From the IMG/VR virus record IMGVR_UViG_2693429557_000011: 29,524 nt of DNA; one strand, given 5' to 3'. A model generated the notes under the pieces. The model was not told the DNA's origin. It ran no database searches and was given only the letters and a program-made list of their open reading frames with translations. Position numbers and translations under genes: made by a program. This DNA is from a virus. Its lineage: Duplodnaviria > Heunggongvirae > Uroviricota > Caudoviricetes. Below, one piece after another: positions 7,922 through 16,406 of this stretch (position 1 is the first letter of the stretch; every line of letters starts with the position of its first letter).

Positions 7922-10744
7922 ATGACGGCAGAGTACATCAGGGACTGGCAACAACCGCGCCACGCAGTGGGGCGTGAAGGAACGGGGATCCCCGCTCCTG
8001 AATCCGCGCTTTCCTCCTGGCTGGATGCCCACCGGGCAGAGAACGAGCGCCGCCAGGAAATGGCTGATGCGGCGTTCTCCGCCACGCCACTGGGCAACCT
8101 GATTAATAAAAGCCTGGACGCACAGGAAAAACAGGACAAAACCATCACACTGGCAGGAGACGCCAGAAAACAGGCACGCGGCGCGGTGGATGAAGCCATG
8201 GCCTCGCTGCGCCTGCTGCCGTCCTATCTGCGCGATCCGCTTATTCGCCACCTCTCCTTCCTGCGCAAAAAACAGGAAGCCGATCGCCGGAAAGGCAAAA
8301 AGAGCTGGCAGGCGGAACGCTATGCACGCGGAACCCTGCGCAAAATATTCGAACGTCTGGATCGCACTGACGGACACTGGCTGACACCGGGTTATCGCTC
8401 CCTTGCCGGACGTGAACGCCTGGACGATTTGCTTTACCTGCCGCAACTCAACAAACACCAGATACAGACGCTGGCCACCATGACGGCGGCGATGTTCAGC
8501 AGCACCTTCGAAAAACTCTGCGATGGTTTTGGCGCGACTGATGGCGAGCTGACCATGGATGTAACGCTGAAGGCGTATCAGATGCTGGCCCGCATGGCGT
8601 TACACTTACACGCCATGCCTCCGCATTATGACGCACTGACAACAGACAAAGACCGGAGGCACGAACCGGACACAGAACTGCTGCCGGGCGCAATCCTTCG
8701 CCTGACCTGTGCGGAATGGTGGAAACGCAAACTGTGGCTGTTACGTTGCGAGTGGAGAGAAGAACAACTTCGCGCCGCCTGTCTGGTTTCCAGAAAAACA
8801 TCGCCCTATCTGAGCCAGGACGCGTTAAGCGAGTTTCGCGCACAGCGCGAGAAAACACGCGATTTCCTGAAAAGTTTCATGCTGGAAAATGAAGACGGGT
8901 TCACGATTGATCTCGAGACGGTGTATTACGCGGGAGTAAGTAACCCGGTTCACCGTAAGGCAGAAATGATGGCCACCATGAAGGGGCTGGAACTTCTGGC
9001 CGAAGCCCGTGGCGACAAAGCGGTGTTTCTGACTGTCACCTGCCCGTCAAAATACCACGCCACAACGGAGAACGGTCATCCGAATCCCAAATGGAACGGG
9101 GCCACAATGCGCGACTCCAGCGATTACCTGGTTAACACGTTTTTTGCGACGGTCCGCAAAAAACTGAACCGCGACGGCCTGCGCTGGTATGGCATCCGCA
9201 CGGCGGAGCCTCACCATGACGGCACCGTGCACTGGCATATGATGGTCTTTGCTCATCCGGAAGAAATCGACACCATTGTGTCCCACACCCGCGATATTGC
9301 CATTCAGGAAGATCGTCACGAGCTGGGCGATGACATAACTCCGCGCTTTAAGGCGGAGTATGTAGACGGCTCAAAAGGCACGCCAACCAGCTACATCGCC
9401 ACCTACATCGGGAAAAACCTGGACAGCCGCGCCGTGGATGGCATCGACCCGAAAACGGGCAAGCCACGCGTTGACCACGAAACCGGAAAATCAATGGCCG
9501 AGAGCGTGGAACGCGCCATCGGCTGGGCGCGCCTTCACCGGGTCCGCCAGTTCCAGTTCTTTGGCATCCCCTCCCGCCAGGTATGGCGTGAACTGCGCCG
9601 CCTTGCCAGCCAGATGGCACGCAACCCGGAAGGCCCGCAACGGCTGAAGGATGACGCAATGGATGCGGTTCTTGCCGCCGCTGATGCCGGATGTTTTGCC
9701 ACCTACATAGAGAAACAGGGCGGCGTACTTGTTCCACGCAAAGACTACCTGATTCGCACCGCCTACGACCTCGCCGATGAGCTGAACGATTACGGCGAAC
9801 AGAGCGTACAGATTTACGGGATCTGGTCACCACTCATCGGGGAATCCTCCCGTGTGTGCACGCATCCGGATAACTGGAAGCTGGTAAGACGCAAACCGGA
9901 AGCGGAAGACAGCGCCCGCGAAAATGGTTTTGACCTTCAGGGCGGCCCTGCCGCCCCTTGGACTCGTGGCAATAACTGTCCCCGTGTACAGGAAACGGAC
10001 AACAACGGGACAGAACAGCCGGAAGAACGGCCAGCACCGTGGCCGCAGCTCCCTGACGGCGTTGATGTGGATGAATGGATGCGCTCACTGAAACGGCACG
10101 AACGCCGGGCGCTGATGCGTTCGCTTCGTGACAAACAGGCAAAAAACAGCAGTGATGAAATGCAGAGCTGGACACAGAGCCGCAAACAGCAGCGGCCTTT
10201 GCCTGATAACCACGAATTACTCGCTAAAGAATGGCGGGAGTCTGCTGAATCTCTCGGCCTGCATATCGGTGAACAACAGATGCAGCACCTGTTACGGGGC
10301 GGCAGTCTGTACGTTGACGGCAGCATCATTGCACCGCAGGGATTTGAAATTGTACGCAAACCGGATACCCGCCCGGACAGCCGAATCACGCAGCTCTGGC
10401 AGCGCCTGAGCCGTAATCATGGCGTAAGCAGCACGGAGATCCGCCATAACCCGGTCGCCAGCTATCTGACACAGCTGGGGGCATCAGACCCTGAAGCCGC
10501 CGCACGCCTGGCATCCACACTTCAGCAGGACCAGAACACCATGAAAACACCCGTTACCGTGCTTTCTGACATGCTGCGCGCCATCCGCGACGCAGAGCAC
10601 GCACAGAGAATCAGTGAAACCACTGAACGCGCCCGCCGCAAAGCAGACCTGCTGCGGGGTGGCCTGACCAGTGGAAACAAAAAACAGACAGAAACGGGAC
10701 TCACGAATCCCGTAAATGAGCAAAAAACGCGCAGCGATATATGA
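7922..10744 (+). CDS. A: Rolling-circle replication initiator, P2 gpA-like HUH endonuclease, with a long low-complexity C-terminal extension
   Basis: 940-aa ORF with an HUH motif (HWHMMVFAH) and a downstream tyrosine motif (YIATYIGKN), as in P2/186 A proteins; the C-terminal ~300 residues are R/Q/E-rich and make it longer than the ~700-760 aa of classical A proteins. Confidence 0.85.
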   Translation: MTAEYIRDWQQPRHAVGREGTGIPAPESALSSWLDAHRAENERRQEMADAAFSATPLGNLINKSLDAQEKQDKTITLAGDARKQARGAVDEAMASLRLLPSYLRDPLIRHLSFLRKKQEADRRKGKKSWQAERYARGTLRKIFERLDRTDGHWLTPGYRSLAGRERLDDLLYLPQLNKHQIQTLATMTAAMFSSTFEKLCDGFGATDGELTMDVTLKAYQMLARMALHLHAMPPHYDALTTDKDRRHEPDTELLPGAILRLTCAEWWKRKLWLLRCEWREEQLRAACLVSRKTSPYLSQDALSEFRAQREKTRDFLKSFMLENEDGFTIDLETVYYAGVSNPVHRKAEMMATMKGLELLAEARGDKAVFLTVTCPSKYHATTENGHPNPKWNGATMRDSSDYLVNTFFATVRKKLNRDGLRWYGIRTAEPHHDGTVHWHMMVFAHPEEIDTIVSHTRDIAIQEDRHELGDDITPRFKAEYVDGSKGTPTSYIATYIGKNLDSRAVDGIDPKTGKPRVDHETGKSMAESVERAIGWARLHRVRQFQFFGIPSRQVWRELRRLASQMARNPEGPQRLKDDAMDAVLAAADAGCFATYIEKQGGVLVPRKDYLIRTAYDLADELNDYGEQSVQIYGIWSPLIGESSRVCTHPDNWKLVRRKPEAEDSARENGFDLQGGPAAPWTRGNNCPRVQETDNNGTEQPEERPAPWPQLPDGVDVDEWMRSLKRHERRALMRSLRDKQAKNSSDEMQSWTQSRKQQRPLPDNHELLAKEWRESAESLGLHIGEQQMQHLLRGGSLYVDGSIIAPQGFEIVRKPDTRPDSRITQLWQRLSRNHGVSSTEIRHNPVASYLTQLGASDPEAAARLASTLQQDQNTMKTPVTVLSDMLRAIRDAEHAQRISETTERARRKADLLRGGLTSGNKKQTETGLTNPVNEQKTRSDI

Positions 10745-10789
10745 AGCGCGCACAAAACAGGCAAAAACGGGATTTCAGAATCCCGTAAA
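10681..10789. repeat. Two 36-bp direct repeats, each with an internal 5-bp-stem hairpin (CGGGA...TCCCG); candidate parC-like centromere or origin element
   Basis: Copy 1 at 10681-10716 and copy 2 at 10754-10789 (about 80% identical), spanning the end of gene A and the leader of the ParM-like gene. Confidence 0.5.
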
Positions 10790-10820
10790 CGATTAATTAA
10801 TCAACATAAGGAAAAGCGAC

Positions 10821-11780
10821 ATGAAAATTTGTATCGACGACGGCTCCACCAACATCAAGCTGGCATGGACTGAGAACGGCGAACGCCGCAACGCCATCAG
10901 CCCGAACAGCTTCAAGTCGGAATGGTCTGCGCCGTTCGGTGGCATGCAGCCCGCGAACTACATGCTTGATGGCGTGCGCTATGGTTTTGATCCGGTCAGC
11001 GATCGCTTTGTCCAGACAACCGACACGCAATACCAGTACAGCGATGTAAATGTCATTGCCATTCATCACGCGCTGGTCAAATCAGGCATCACGCCACAGG
11101 AGGTGGATGTGGTTGTCACCCTGCCACTGAGCGAGTATTTCGACACAAACGCACAGCCGGACATGGCCAACATCAACCGCAAAAAAGCGAACGTTATGCG
11201 CCCGGTGGAGTACCAGAACGGCGAAGCATTCACTATCCGTAACGTGCGGGTTATGCCTGAATCCATTCCGGCTGGCTTTAAGGCACTGGCTGACATGAGT
11301 CCGTTTGAATCCCTGCTGATTGTGGATTTGGGCGGAACCACGCTGGATGTGGCAAAGGTTCAGGGGCAACTGGCAGGTATCAGCCAGGTGTTTTGCGATC
11401 CACACGTAGGCGTTTCTCTGATGGCCGATGCCGTACTGTCGGTGATGGCCACTAACGGTATGCGCACCAGTCACCACATCGCCAATACCATTATCGAACA
11501 TCGCCATGATGAAGCCTGGCTGCGCCAGCACATCCACAATGACGCGCATTACGCCAGCCTGATGGCGGTTATTCGTGAAAAGGAAGAAACACTGAAACAA
11601 CGCGTGATCCGCGCGCTGGCGGGTTTTTCGGGTTACGGGCGGGTGATGGTTGTCGGTGGAGGGGCGGAGATTGTGGCACCCGCTATCCGCGAAGCCTGCG
11701 GAGTTAATGCGACTTTCATCGCGGACGGGGTGCCACAGTTTGCTCTGGTTAATGGGCTGTACGCAATGGACAAGGAGTAA
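10821..11780 (+). CDS. parM: ParM/StbA-family actin-like segregation ATPase
   Basis: 319-aa ORF with N-terminal IDDGSTNIKL phosphate-1 motif, SPNSFK, YQYSDVNVIAIHHAL, PESIPAGF, LIVDLGGTTLD, VVGGGAE and a C-terminal LVNGLY; size and motif order match plasmid R1 ParM as recalled from memory. Confidence 0.8.
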   Translation: MKICIDDGSTNIKLAWTENGERRNAISPNSFKSEWSAPFGGMQPANYMLDGVRYGFDPVSDRFVQTTDTQYQYSDVNVIAIHHALVKSGITPQEVDVVVTLPLSEYFDTNAQPDMANINRKKANVMRPVEYQNGEAFTIRNVRVMPESIPAGFKALADMSPFESLLIVDLGGTTLDVAKVQGQLAGISQVFCDPHVGVSLMADAVLSVMATNGMRTSHHIANTIIEHRHDEAWLRQHIHNDAHYASLMAVIREKEETLKQRVIRALAGFSGYGRVMVVGGGAEIVAPAIREACGVNATFIADGVPQFALVNGLYAMDKE

Positions 11781-11784
11781 ACCA

Positions 11785-12096
11785 ATGACGACACCAACCA
11801 GACGGATAAGTTTCTATCTGAAGCCTGCGGCCGTCAAGAACGAAAGCGAAGCATGCGCCTGGCTGGGCAGCCTTACACCAGAAGCCCGCAAAAGCGGCCA
11901 ACGCGTGGCTTTTCTGGCCGGGCTGGCACTTCTGAAAATGAATCCAGCAGAGGCTTACCGACTGGCTGCATGGGCTGACGATGAGGCGTTATCGGTGACA
12001 CAAACCAGGACAGAACGCCCCGTGCCACAGCCAGTACCAACCGCACAGATAACCAGTCAGATAGCAGGGAATATCCGGGCATTATTTCCTGAATGA
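11785..12096 (+). CDS. parR: ParR-like centromere-binding adaptor (putative)
   Basis: 103 aa from the ATG 4 nt after the parM stop; RRISFYLKP and AFLAGLALL segments and a C-terminal IRALFP resemble R1 ParR (RRTIAFKLNP / ALTAGLAL / LRSLFP) as recalled. The longer upstream ORF start at 11650 lies inside parM and is rejected. Confidence 0.55.
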   Translation: MTTPTRRISFYLKPAAVKNESEACAWLGSLTPEARKSGQRVAFLAGLALLKMNPAEAYRLAAWADDEALSVTQTRTERPVPQPVPTAQITSQIAGNIRALFPE

Positions 12097-12156
12097 CGAA
12101 TTTGACGGCTTTTAATTTTATCGGGGTGCACTGTCGCCCCGCACGAGGAAAACACG

Positions 12157-12681
12157 ATGAAAAAATACGAATACATGCTAATGAAAGAAGCACTGCGGGC
12201 TGGTCTGGCTCCCTGTCCTGTATCCGTAGAAGCTGTTGTTGGGAACACGATTTTCCGAACGCTGCGAAATCGCGTATCCGTGAAGATGGTTCACCAACCA
12301 CCCAAATCTACCAGCATGATCTATCTGCCGCTGCCCGAGGCTATCAAACTTATGCGTTCGCTGAAATTTGCGATTTGGATGCAGACACAAATCAACAAAG
12401 CGGTGCAAAACACCTTCGTTAAGAGACTAATACCGGAGCTTGCTGCCAGATGTGCAAAATGTACCAGACCCGCACTTCAATTTGATCTGTCATTGATTCA
12501 ACAAGCTACGGAGGCAGAACTGTACCGCCTGTCACCTATCCGTGATGCTCACACGGAAGCATCAGAAATGTTCCGGCTCATGTTTCAATTTAATTTTGCC
12601 GTTCGACGCACACGCGTTCAGGTCAATCGCATGATGCAGGAGCAGGAAGAGTTAACACAGTACAAAGGGGGCAGCCAGTGA
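12157..12681 (+). CDS. Hypothetical protein (174 aa), accessory locus
   Basis: ATG with an upstream GAGG; no family recognised; stop overlaps the GTG start of the next ORF. Confidence 0.5.
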   Translation: MKKYEYMLMKEALRAGLAPCPVSVEAVVGNTIFRTLRNRVSVKMVHQPPKSTSMIYLPLPEAIKLMRSLKFAIWMQTQINKAVQNTFVKRLIPELAARCAKCTRPALQFDLSLIQQATEAELYRLSPIRDAHTEASEMFRLMFQFNFAVRRTRVQVNRMMQEQEELTQYKGGSQ

Positions 12682-12917
12682 GTAATTCAGCACGACTACA
12701 GCTTGGTTTTTCACCGCTATCAAAAACCATCGTATTGGCAAAAATGCGTGACTTAGGAGACGGAACAAAACGCCGCGTAGGAAATGATCGCGGTCGCGAT
12801 GTAACCAACGAGGCCGCTCAACTCGTTTGGCATCTAGTCATGGCAGAAGGCGGTGAAATTAATTGGGAGCTGGATGATGGTTCTCGTATGATTTTGAGGG
12901 CCGAGAAGAGTAAATAG
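12678..12917 (+). CDS. Hypothetical protein (79 aa), translationally coupled to the 174-aa gene
   Basis: GTG start overlapping the upstream TGA (GTGA); acidic C-terminal half; no family recognised. Confidence 0.4.
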   Translation: MSNSARLQLGFSPLSKTIVLAKMRDLGDGTKRRVGNDRGRDVTNEAAQLVWHLVMAEGGEINWELDDGSRMILRAEKSK

Positions 12918-12931
12918 CTCAAGGGGGATTA

Positions 12932-13117
12932 ATGCTAAATGATGATGAAGAAGAGCTGCTTATGCAGGAATGGTCGCTCGGTGATTATGATAATGGTGAA
13001 AATGGGTGCCCGCATTGTGGCCGTTATCGTTTATGTATCTGCCAGAATGGAAAACACAGATGTGAAAAGTGCAATTGGTCTCCGGAACTTAATGACTACG
13101 TGCCGATCGAGTGGTAG
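12932..13117 (+). CDS. Small Cys-rich zinc-binding-like protein (61 aa)
   Basis: Six cysteines in CPHC-x5-CxC-x6-CxxC spacing and an acidic N-terminus; not similar to the Ogr zinc finger as recalled. Confidence 0.45.
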   Translation: MLNDDEEELLMQEWSLGDYDNGENGCPHCGRYRLCICQNGKHRCEKCNWSPELNDYVPIEW

Positions 13118-13608
13118 AGGTAAGTCACACTAGGTGTTTTTTAGTTGATTTTATAAATGCACAATAGTGCACAAATTTGCACAATTTTTTTGAACGACTT
13201 TTTGCCCTTCCGGCCCGCGTGGCGGCTGGATCCGTCAAGGATCCGTGCATGCACAAAAAAACGCGTTTTTTCTGCGCGCAGGTGACGGGGGAACAGCCCG
13301 CGTTTCAGGGGGTAAATAGCATTCCCTGAACGATGTCGCAGAGATACAACAGAATGGCTGTATTTCTCACGCTGAGCGTGAAAAAGACGTGAGGGCTTTT
13401 GATTTGATGGGGTGAAAGGTAAGGCCGTCAAAATCGCACTGAGACGGCGAGAATATGCAGTCAACGAGGTGGGATTGCGTAAGAGTCTGACTGTCGATGA
13501 TGGCAATCAGCAGGAAAGCGTCGTGAAATTATCTGACTGATACAGGAGCTGGAGAGTCGGGGCATAAATTTTTTATGCCCCGGCGAAGCAGCAGACAAGC
13601 GAAGCGCG
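13118..13608. other. Non-coding cos-proximal region downstream of Q (probable packaging/cos region) with phased repeats and a palindrome
   Basis: In P2 the cos site lies just beyond the 3-prime end of Q. Here TGCACAA occurs at 13158, 13168 and 13178 (10-bp phasing), GGATCCGT at 13228 and 13239, and an A7-CGCG-T6 palindrome at 13255-13271. No convincing ORF; the minus-strand ORF 13141-13506 lacks coding character. Confidence 0.4.
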
Positions 13609-14655
13609 TCAGGATGTGGGCTGGGTGTCTAACAGTGCGTAAGGGTTAAAGCGGATCACCTCTTCGCCAAGCCAGTCATTGATGTGCTTCATGGCCTCCA
13701 TGACGGGCATCAGCTCGTTAATTGCGTAAACCCGCGCGGCCTTCTCCACATCACCAAACGCACTTTTTTCGCCCGGCATCGCCCCCATCAGTTGCGGCGG
13801 AACGCGGTGCGCAGCCAGCACATCATCACGGGATGCCGCCTTAACATTCATGAACTCATCCTTTGCGGTGATCTGCTGGAACGGCAAAATTTGCACCCCC
13901 TCTTTGCCCCCGTTGGGCGCATGAATGAGCACGTTTTTAAACGCACCACCACCACGTGCCCCCTGTAGCGTTTCTTTCAGGGAGTCCATGCTTTCGCGGT
14001 TTACCTGCGCTGCACCGATGTAGATGATGCACCCGGCGTGGGATCCGTTGTCGTAGTACAGTTTTCTGAACATGTCCGCCGAATGAGAAAGGCTGGCCGA
14101 GAGTAATGCGCCAAGATATTCCGGCATGCCGTAGATTTCCTGGTTAATATCCGGATTCATCAGGTGGCACACTTTGCCAGGACGAAACTGAAACGCATCC
14201 TTGCCATCCTGCACATACCACCATGATTCAAGATCGCTTCCGCGTCGCATGTATTTCGCCAGGGCGTGCCGTAATTTAAGCGGTTCGCCGAGCATATTGC
14301 TCCGAAGCTCAAGGAATGCGTTACCGAACACAAACCAGTCCAGCGCCAGCGCCGAGAAATCCTGCCGGGAAAGCAGCGGGTGCGGAATATAGCAGCCGAG
14401 CAATACATTGCGCTTAAAGTAAAGCGCAGACTGATGCCAGGACGTTTGCCGGGCAGCTCTTGCCAGACCGTACCAGTCCACCGGGGTTTCATACCACCGC
14501 CCGTTATCAGCACAGTACATATTGTCCAGCAGGTCATGCCCGGTCAGGCGGTAAGGACCATCAAATGTGAATGCACTGAGCGACGATTCTTTCCTGAGCG
14601 CATCAGCGAGATCAATGCGTGAACTCATGCGCACTTTTTTATTTTTTCTGCTCAT
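13609..14655 (-). CDS. Q: Portal protein (P2 gpQ-like)
   Basis: 348-aa ORF, size and position as P2 Q, directly downstream of and overlapping the terminase gene on the same strand. Confidence 0.9.
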   Translation of the reverse strand: MSRKNKKVRMSSRIDLADALRKESSLSAFTFDGPYRLTGHDLLDNMYCADNGRWYETPVDWYGLARAARQTSWHQSALYFKRNVLLGCYIPHPLLSRQDFSALALDWFVFGNAFLELRSNMLGEPLKLRHALAKYMRRGSDLESWWYVQDGKDAFQFRPGKVCHLMNPDINQEIYGMPEYLGALLSASLSHSADMFRKLYYDNGSHAGCIIYIGAAQVNRESMDSLKETLQGARGGGAFKNVLIHAPNGGKEGVQILPFQQITAKDEFMNVKAASRDDVLAAHRVPPQLMGAMPGEKSAFGDVEKAARVYAINELMPVMEAMKHINDWLGEEVIRFNPYALLDTQPTS

Positions 14656-16406
14656 CAGAACTCCATAACCGTGAAACGCTCGTTTTCTCCTTCGCCGCCA
14701 ATCGGTTCGTTAATGACAGCAAGCATGGTTGCCCACGCAAGGTCGCCGTGGCTGATCCCCCTCGCGCGGTCCGTTTCGTAAGTGATAAAACCGCCCGGTG
14801 TTTTCACCTTACGCACGGCGTTAAAGGCCGCAACCAGCTCGCGTTCGGCGCGATCGTATTCCCACCGCCCGGCACGCATTATTTGCAGCATTTTCAGTAC
14901 CAGCGACCGTTTTGATGACAGCGTGAAGGTGTAAGGGATGGCGGCGGGAAAAAACCGTTTCACTATCTGATAGACGGCATCCCCGTGCCCGCCCGTCGCA
15001 TCAATGCCGATGTGTTCCACGTTGTAGCGATACGTGAACTCTTCAATAACTCTGGCCTGCTCTTCAAATTCCAGCCCCTGAACGCGTCGCGTCTCCACCG
15101 TTCTGAAACGACCACCAGGAACAGCCGGAGGAACCACCACGGACACAGCGCCGCTGTCGCCGTTACCACTGCTGCCGTTTGCGTCATACCCAATCCATAC
15201 CGGACGATTCCCCATCGGGCGGGGGGCAAAGGGTTTCCAGTCTTTCCAGTCGTCGTATCCGTCAACACCGCAGCCAATCAGGATATTCAGGTTAAATGCC
15301 GATTCCCCTTCGCGGACAAACTCACACATATAGAGATTGCGGAACTCGTCTTCGGTGTTTTCATCACGAATTTCATCAATATCGGTGTGTTTCCAGCCGT
15401 GATTAACCACATCTTCCAGCGTGACAATTTGCCGCCACGTCCGGTCAGGGCAGATAAGCCCGTTATGCAGCGTTTTCCAGTCCACAGAAAAACGCTGGCG
15501 TTTATGCGCGGCCTTTTTCTCGTTCCAGCGGTCGCCGTTCCAGTAGGCGTATGCCTCGTGCGTTTCGGTGGATGGCGTGGAGAAGCAGGTGCGCCGCAGT
15601 CCGCTGAGGGTTGCCATAGCGCCAGCCACCTTGCGCAGTTCAGCAAAGCGACTGACCCAGAAAAATTCATCAAAATAAAAATTGCCCGTGTAAGATTGCG
15701 CCGTCGCAGCAGAAGTGCCGAGAAAATGCATCTCTGCGCCGTTGGAGAGGATGATTTTATCGCCCCCTTTCAGCTCCACATCGACTTCAGCCGCGGCCTT
15801 CTGAATAATGCTTTTAAACTGGAACGCCTGACGACGCGACGCAGACAAAAAAATCTGGTTACGCTGGTAAGGTTGTGCCACATCGTCACGCAGCGCCATC
15901 AGCAGTGCTTCCTGTGCAAAATACCAGGTCGCCCCAATCTGTCGGGATTTCAGGATCATCCTGTTACGTATCCCGGCTTCCCTGCAAAGCGTCAGGGAGT
16001 CAAACCAGCCCCGCTGATGCCACTCCAGCCTGCTGATGATTTTTTCCCGCAGTGCGGCAATCTGTTCCGGCGTGAAATGATTTTTGAGTTTTTTCGCCCG
16101 GCCTTTCTTTCCTGTGGCCGTCGCATCCGGCTGGCCATCATGCAGTTTTTTAAGCTGCCGGGTCAGCAGGTCTATTTCCTTAAAGTCACCACCTGTTTTA
16201 TTCTGTTTTTCAGTAAGCTGGATGAGGCGCGCATCGATGGACTGCGTGACACGCTGCACGGGTGGCGTTTCATCCCACTGGTCGCGTTTTTTCCACGCAT
16301 AAATCGTGTTCGGGTTTATTCCCATCAGACGTGATATTTCTGCGGGCGGATAACCCTGCCAGTAAAGTTGCCGCGCACGCTGGCGCACAAAAGCGTCCTG
16401 AATCAT
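14655..16406 (-). CDS. P: Terminase large (ATPase) subunit (P2 gpP-like)
   Basis: 583-aa ORF divergent from the capsid operon, as P is from O in P2; size close to P2 gpP. Confidence 0.9.
   Translation of the reverse strand: MIQDAFVRQRARQLYWQGYPPAEISRLMGINPNTIYAWKKRDQWDETPPVQRVTQSIDARLIQLTEKQNKTGGDFKEIDLLTRQLKKLHDGQPDATATGKKGRAKKLKNHFTPEQIAALREKIISRLEWHQRGWFDSLTLCREAGIRNRMILKSRQIGATWYFAQEALLMALRDDVAQPYQRNQIFLSASRRQAFQFKSIIQKAAAEVDVELKGGDKIILSNGAEMHFLGTSAATAQSYTGNFYFDEFFWVSRFAELRKVAGAMATLSGLRRTCFSTPSTETHEAYAYWNGDRWNEKKAAHKRQRFSVDWKTLHNGLICPDRTWRQIVTLEDVVNHGWKHTDIDEIRDENTEDEFRNLYMCEFVREGESAFNLNILIGCGVDGYDDWKDWKPFAPRPMGNRPVWIGYDANGSSGNGDSGAVSVVVPPAVPGGRFRTVETRRVQGLEFEEQARVIEEFTYRYNVEHIGIDATGGHGDAVYQIVKRFFPAAIPYTFTLSSKRSLVLKMLQIMRAGRWEYDRAERELVAAFNAVRKVKTPGGFITYETDRARGISHGDLAWATMLAVINEPIGGEGENERFTVMEF

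Noticed and set aside
7385-8458. 357-aa minus-strand ORF overlapping the start of gene A and the upstream early gene
   Set aside because: Antisense to a well-supported HUH replication gene, Cys/Ala/Arg-rich translation with no recognisable motifs; typical GC-rich antisense open frame.
11650-11784. Upstream extension of the ParR-like ORF (start at 11650)
   Set aside because: Would overlap the last 130 nt of parM in another frame; the ATG at 11785 sits 4 nt after the parM stop and gives a ParR-sized protein.
12939-13133. 64-aa alternative-frame ORF overlapping the 61-aa Cys-rich gene
   Set aside because: Same interval in another frame with a hydrophobic, implausible product; the Cys-rich frame has the regular CxxC spacing and was preferred.
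13141-13506. 121-aa minus-strand ORF in the cos-proximal region
   Set aside because: No ribosome-binding site, Arg/Ser-rich low-complexity product, overlaps the phased repeats and palindrome; more likely non-coding packaging or regulatory DNA.
14985-16334. 449-aa plus-strand ORF spanning the terminase large-subunit gene
   Set aside because: Antisense to the gpP-like terminase, which has strong homology support; translation is Arg/Phe-rich and featureless.
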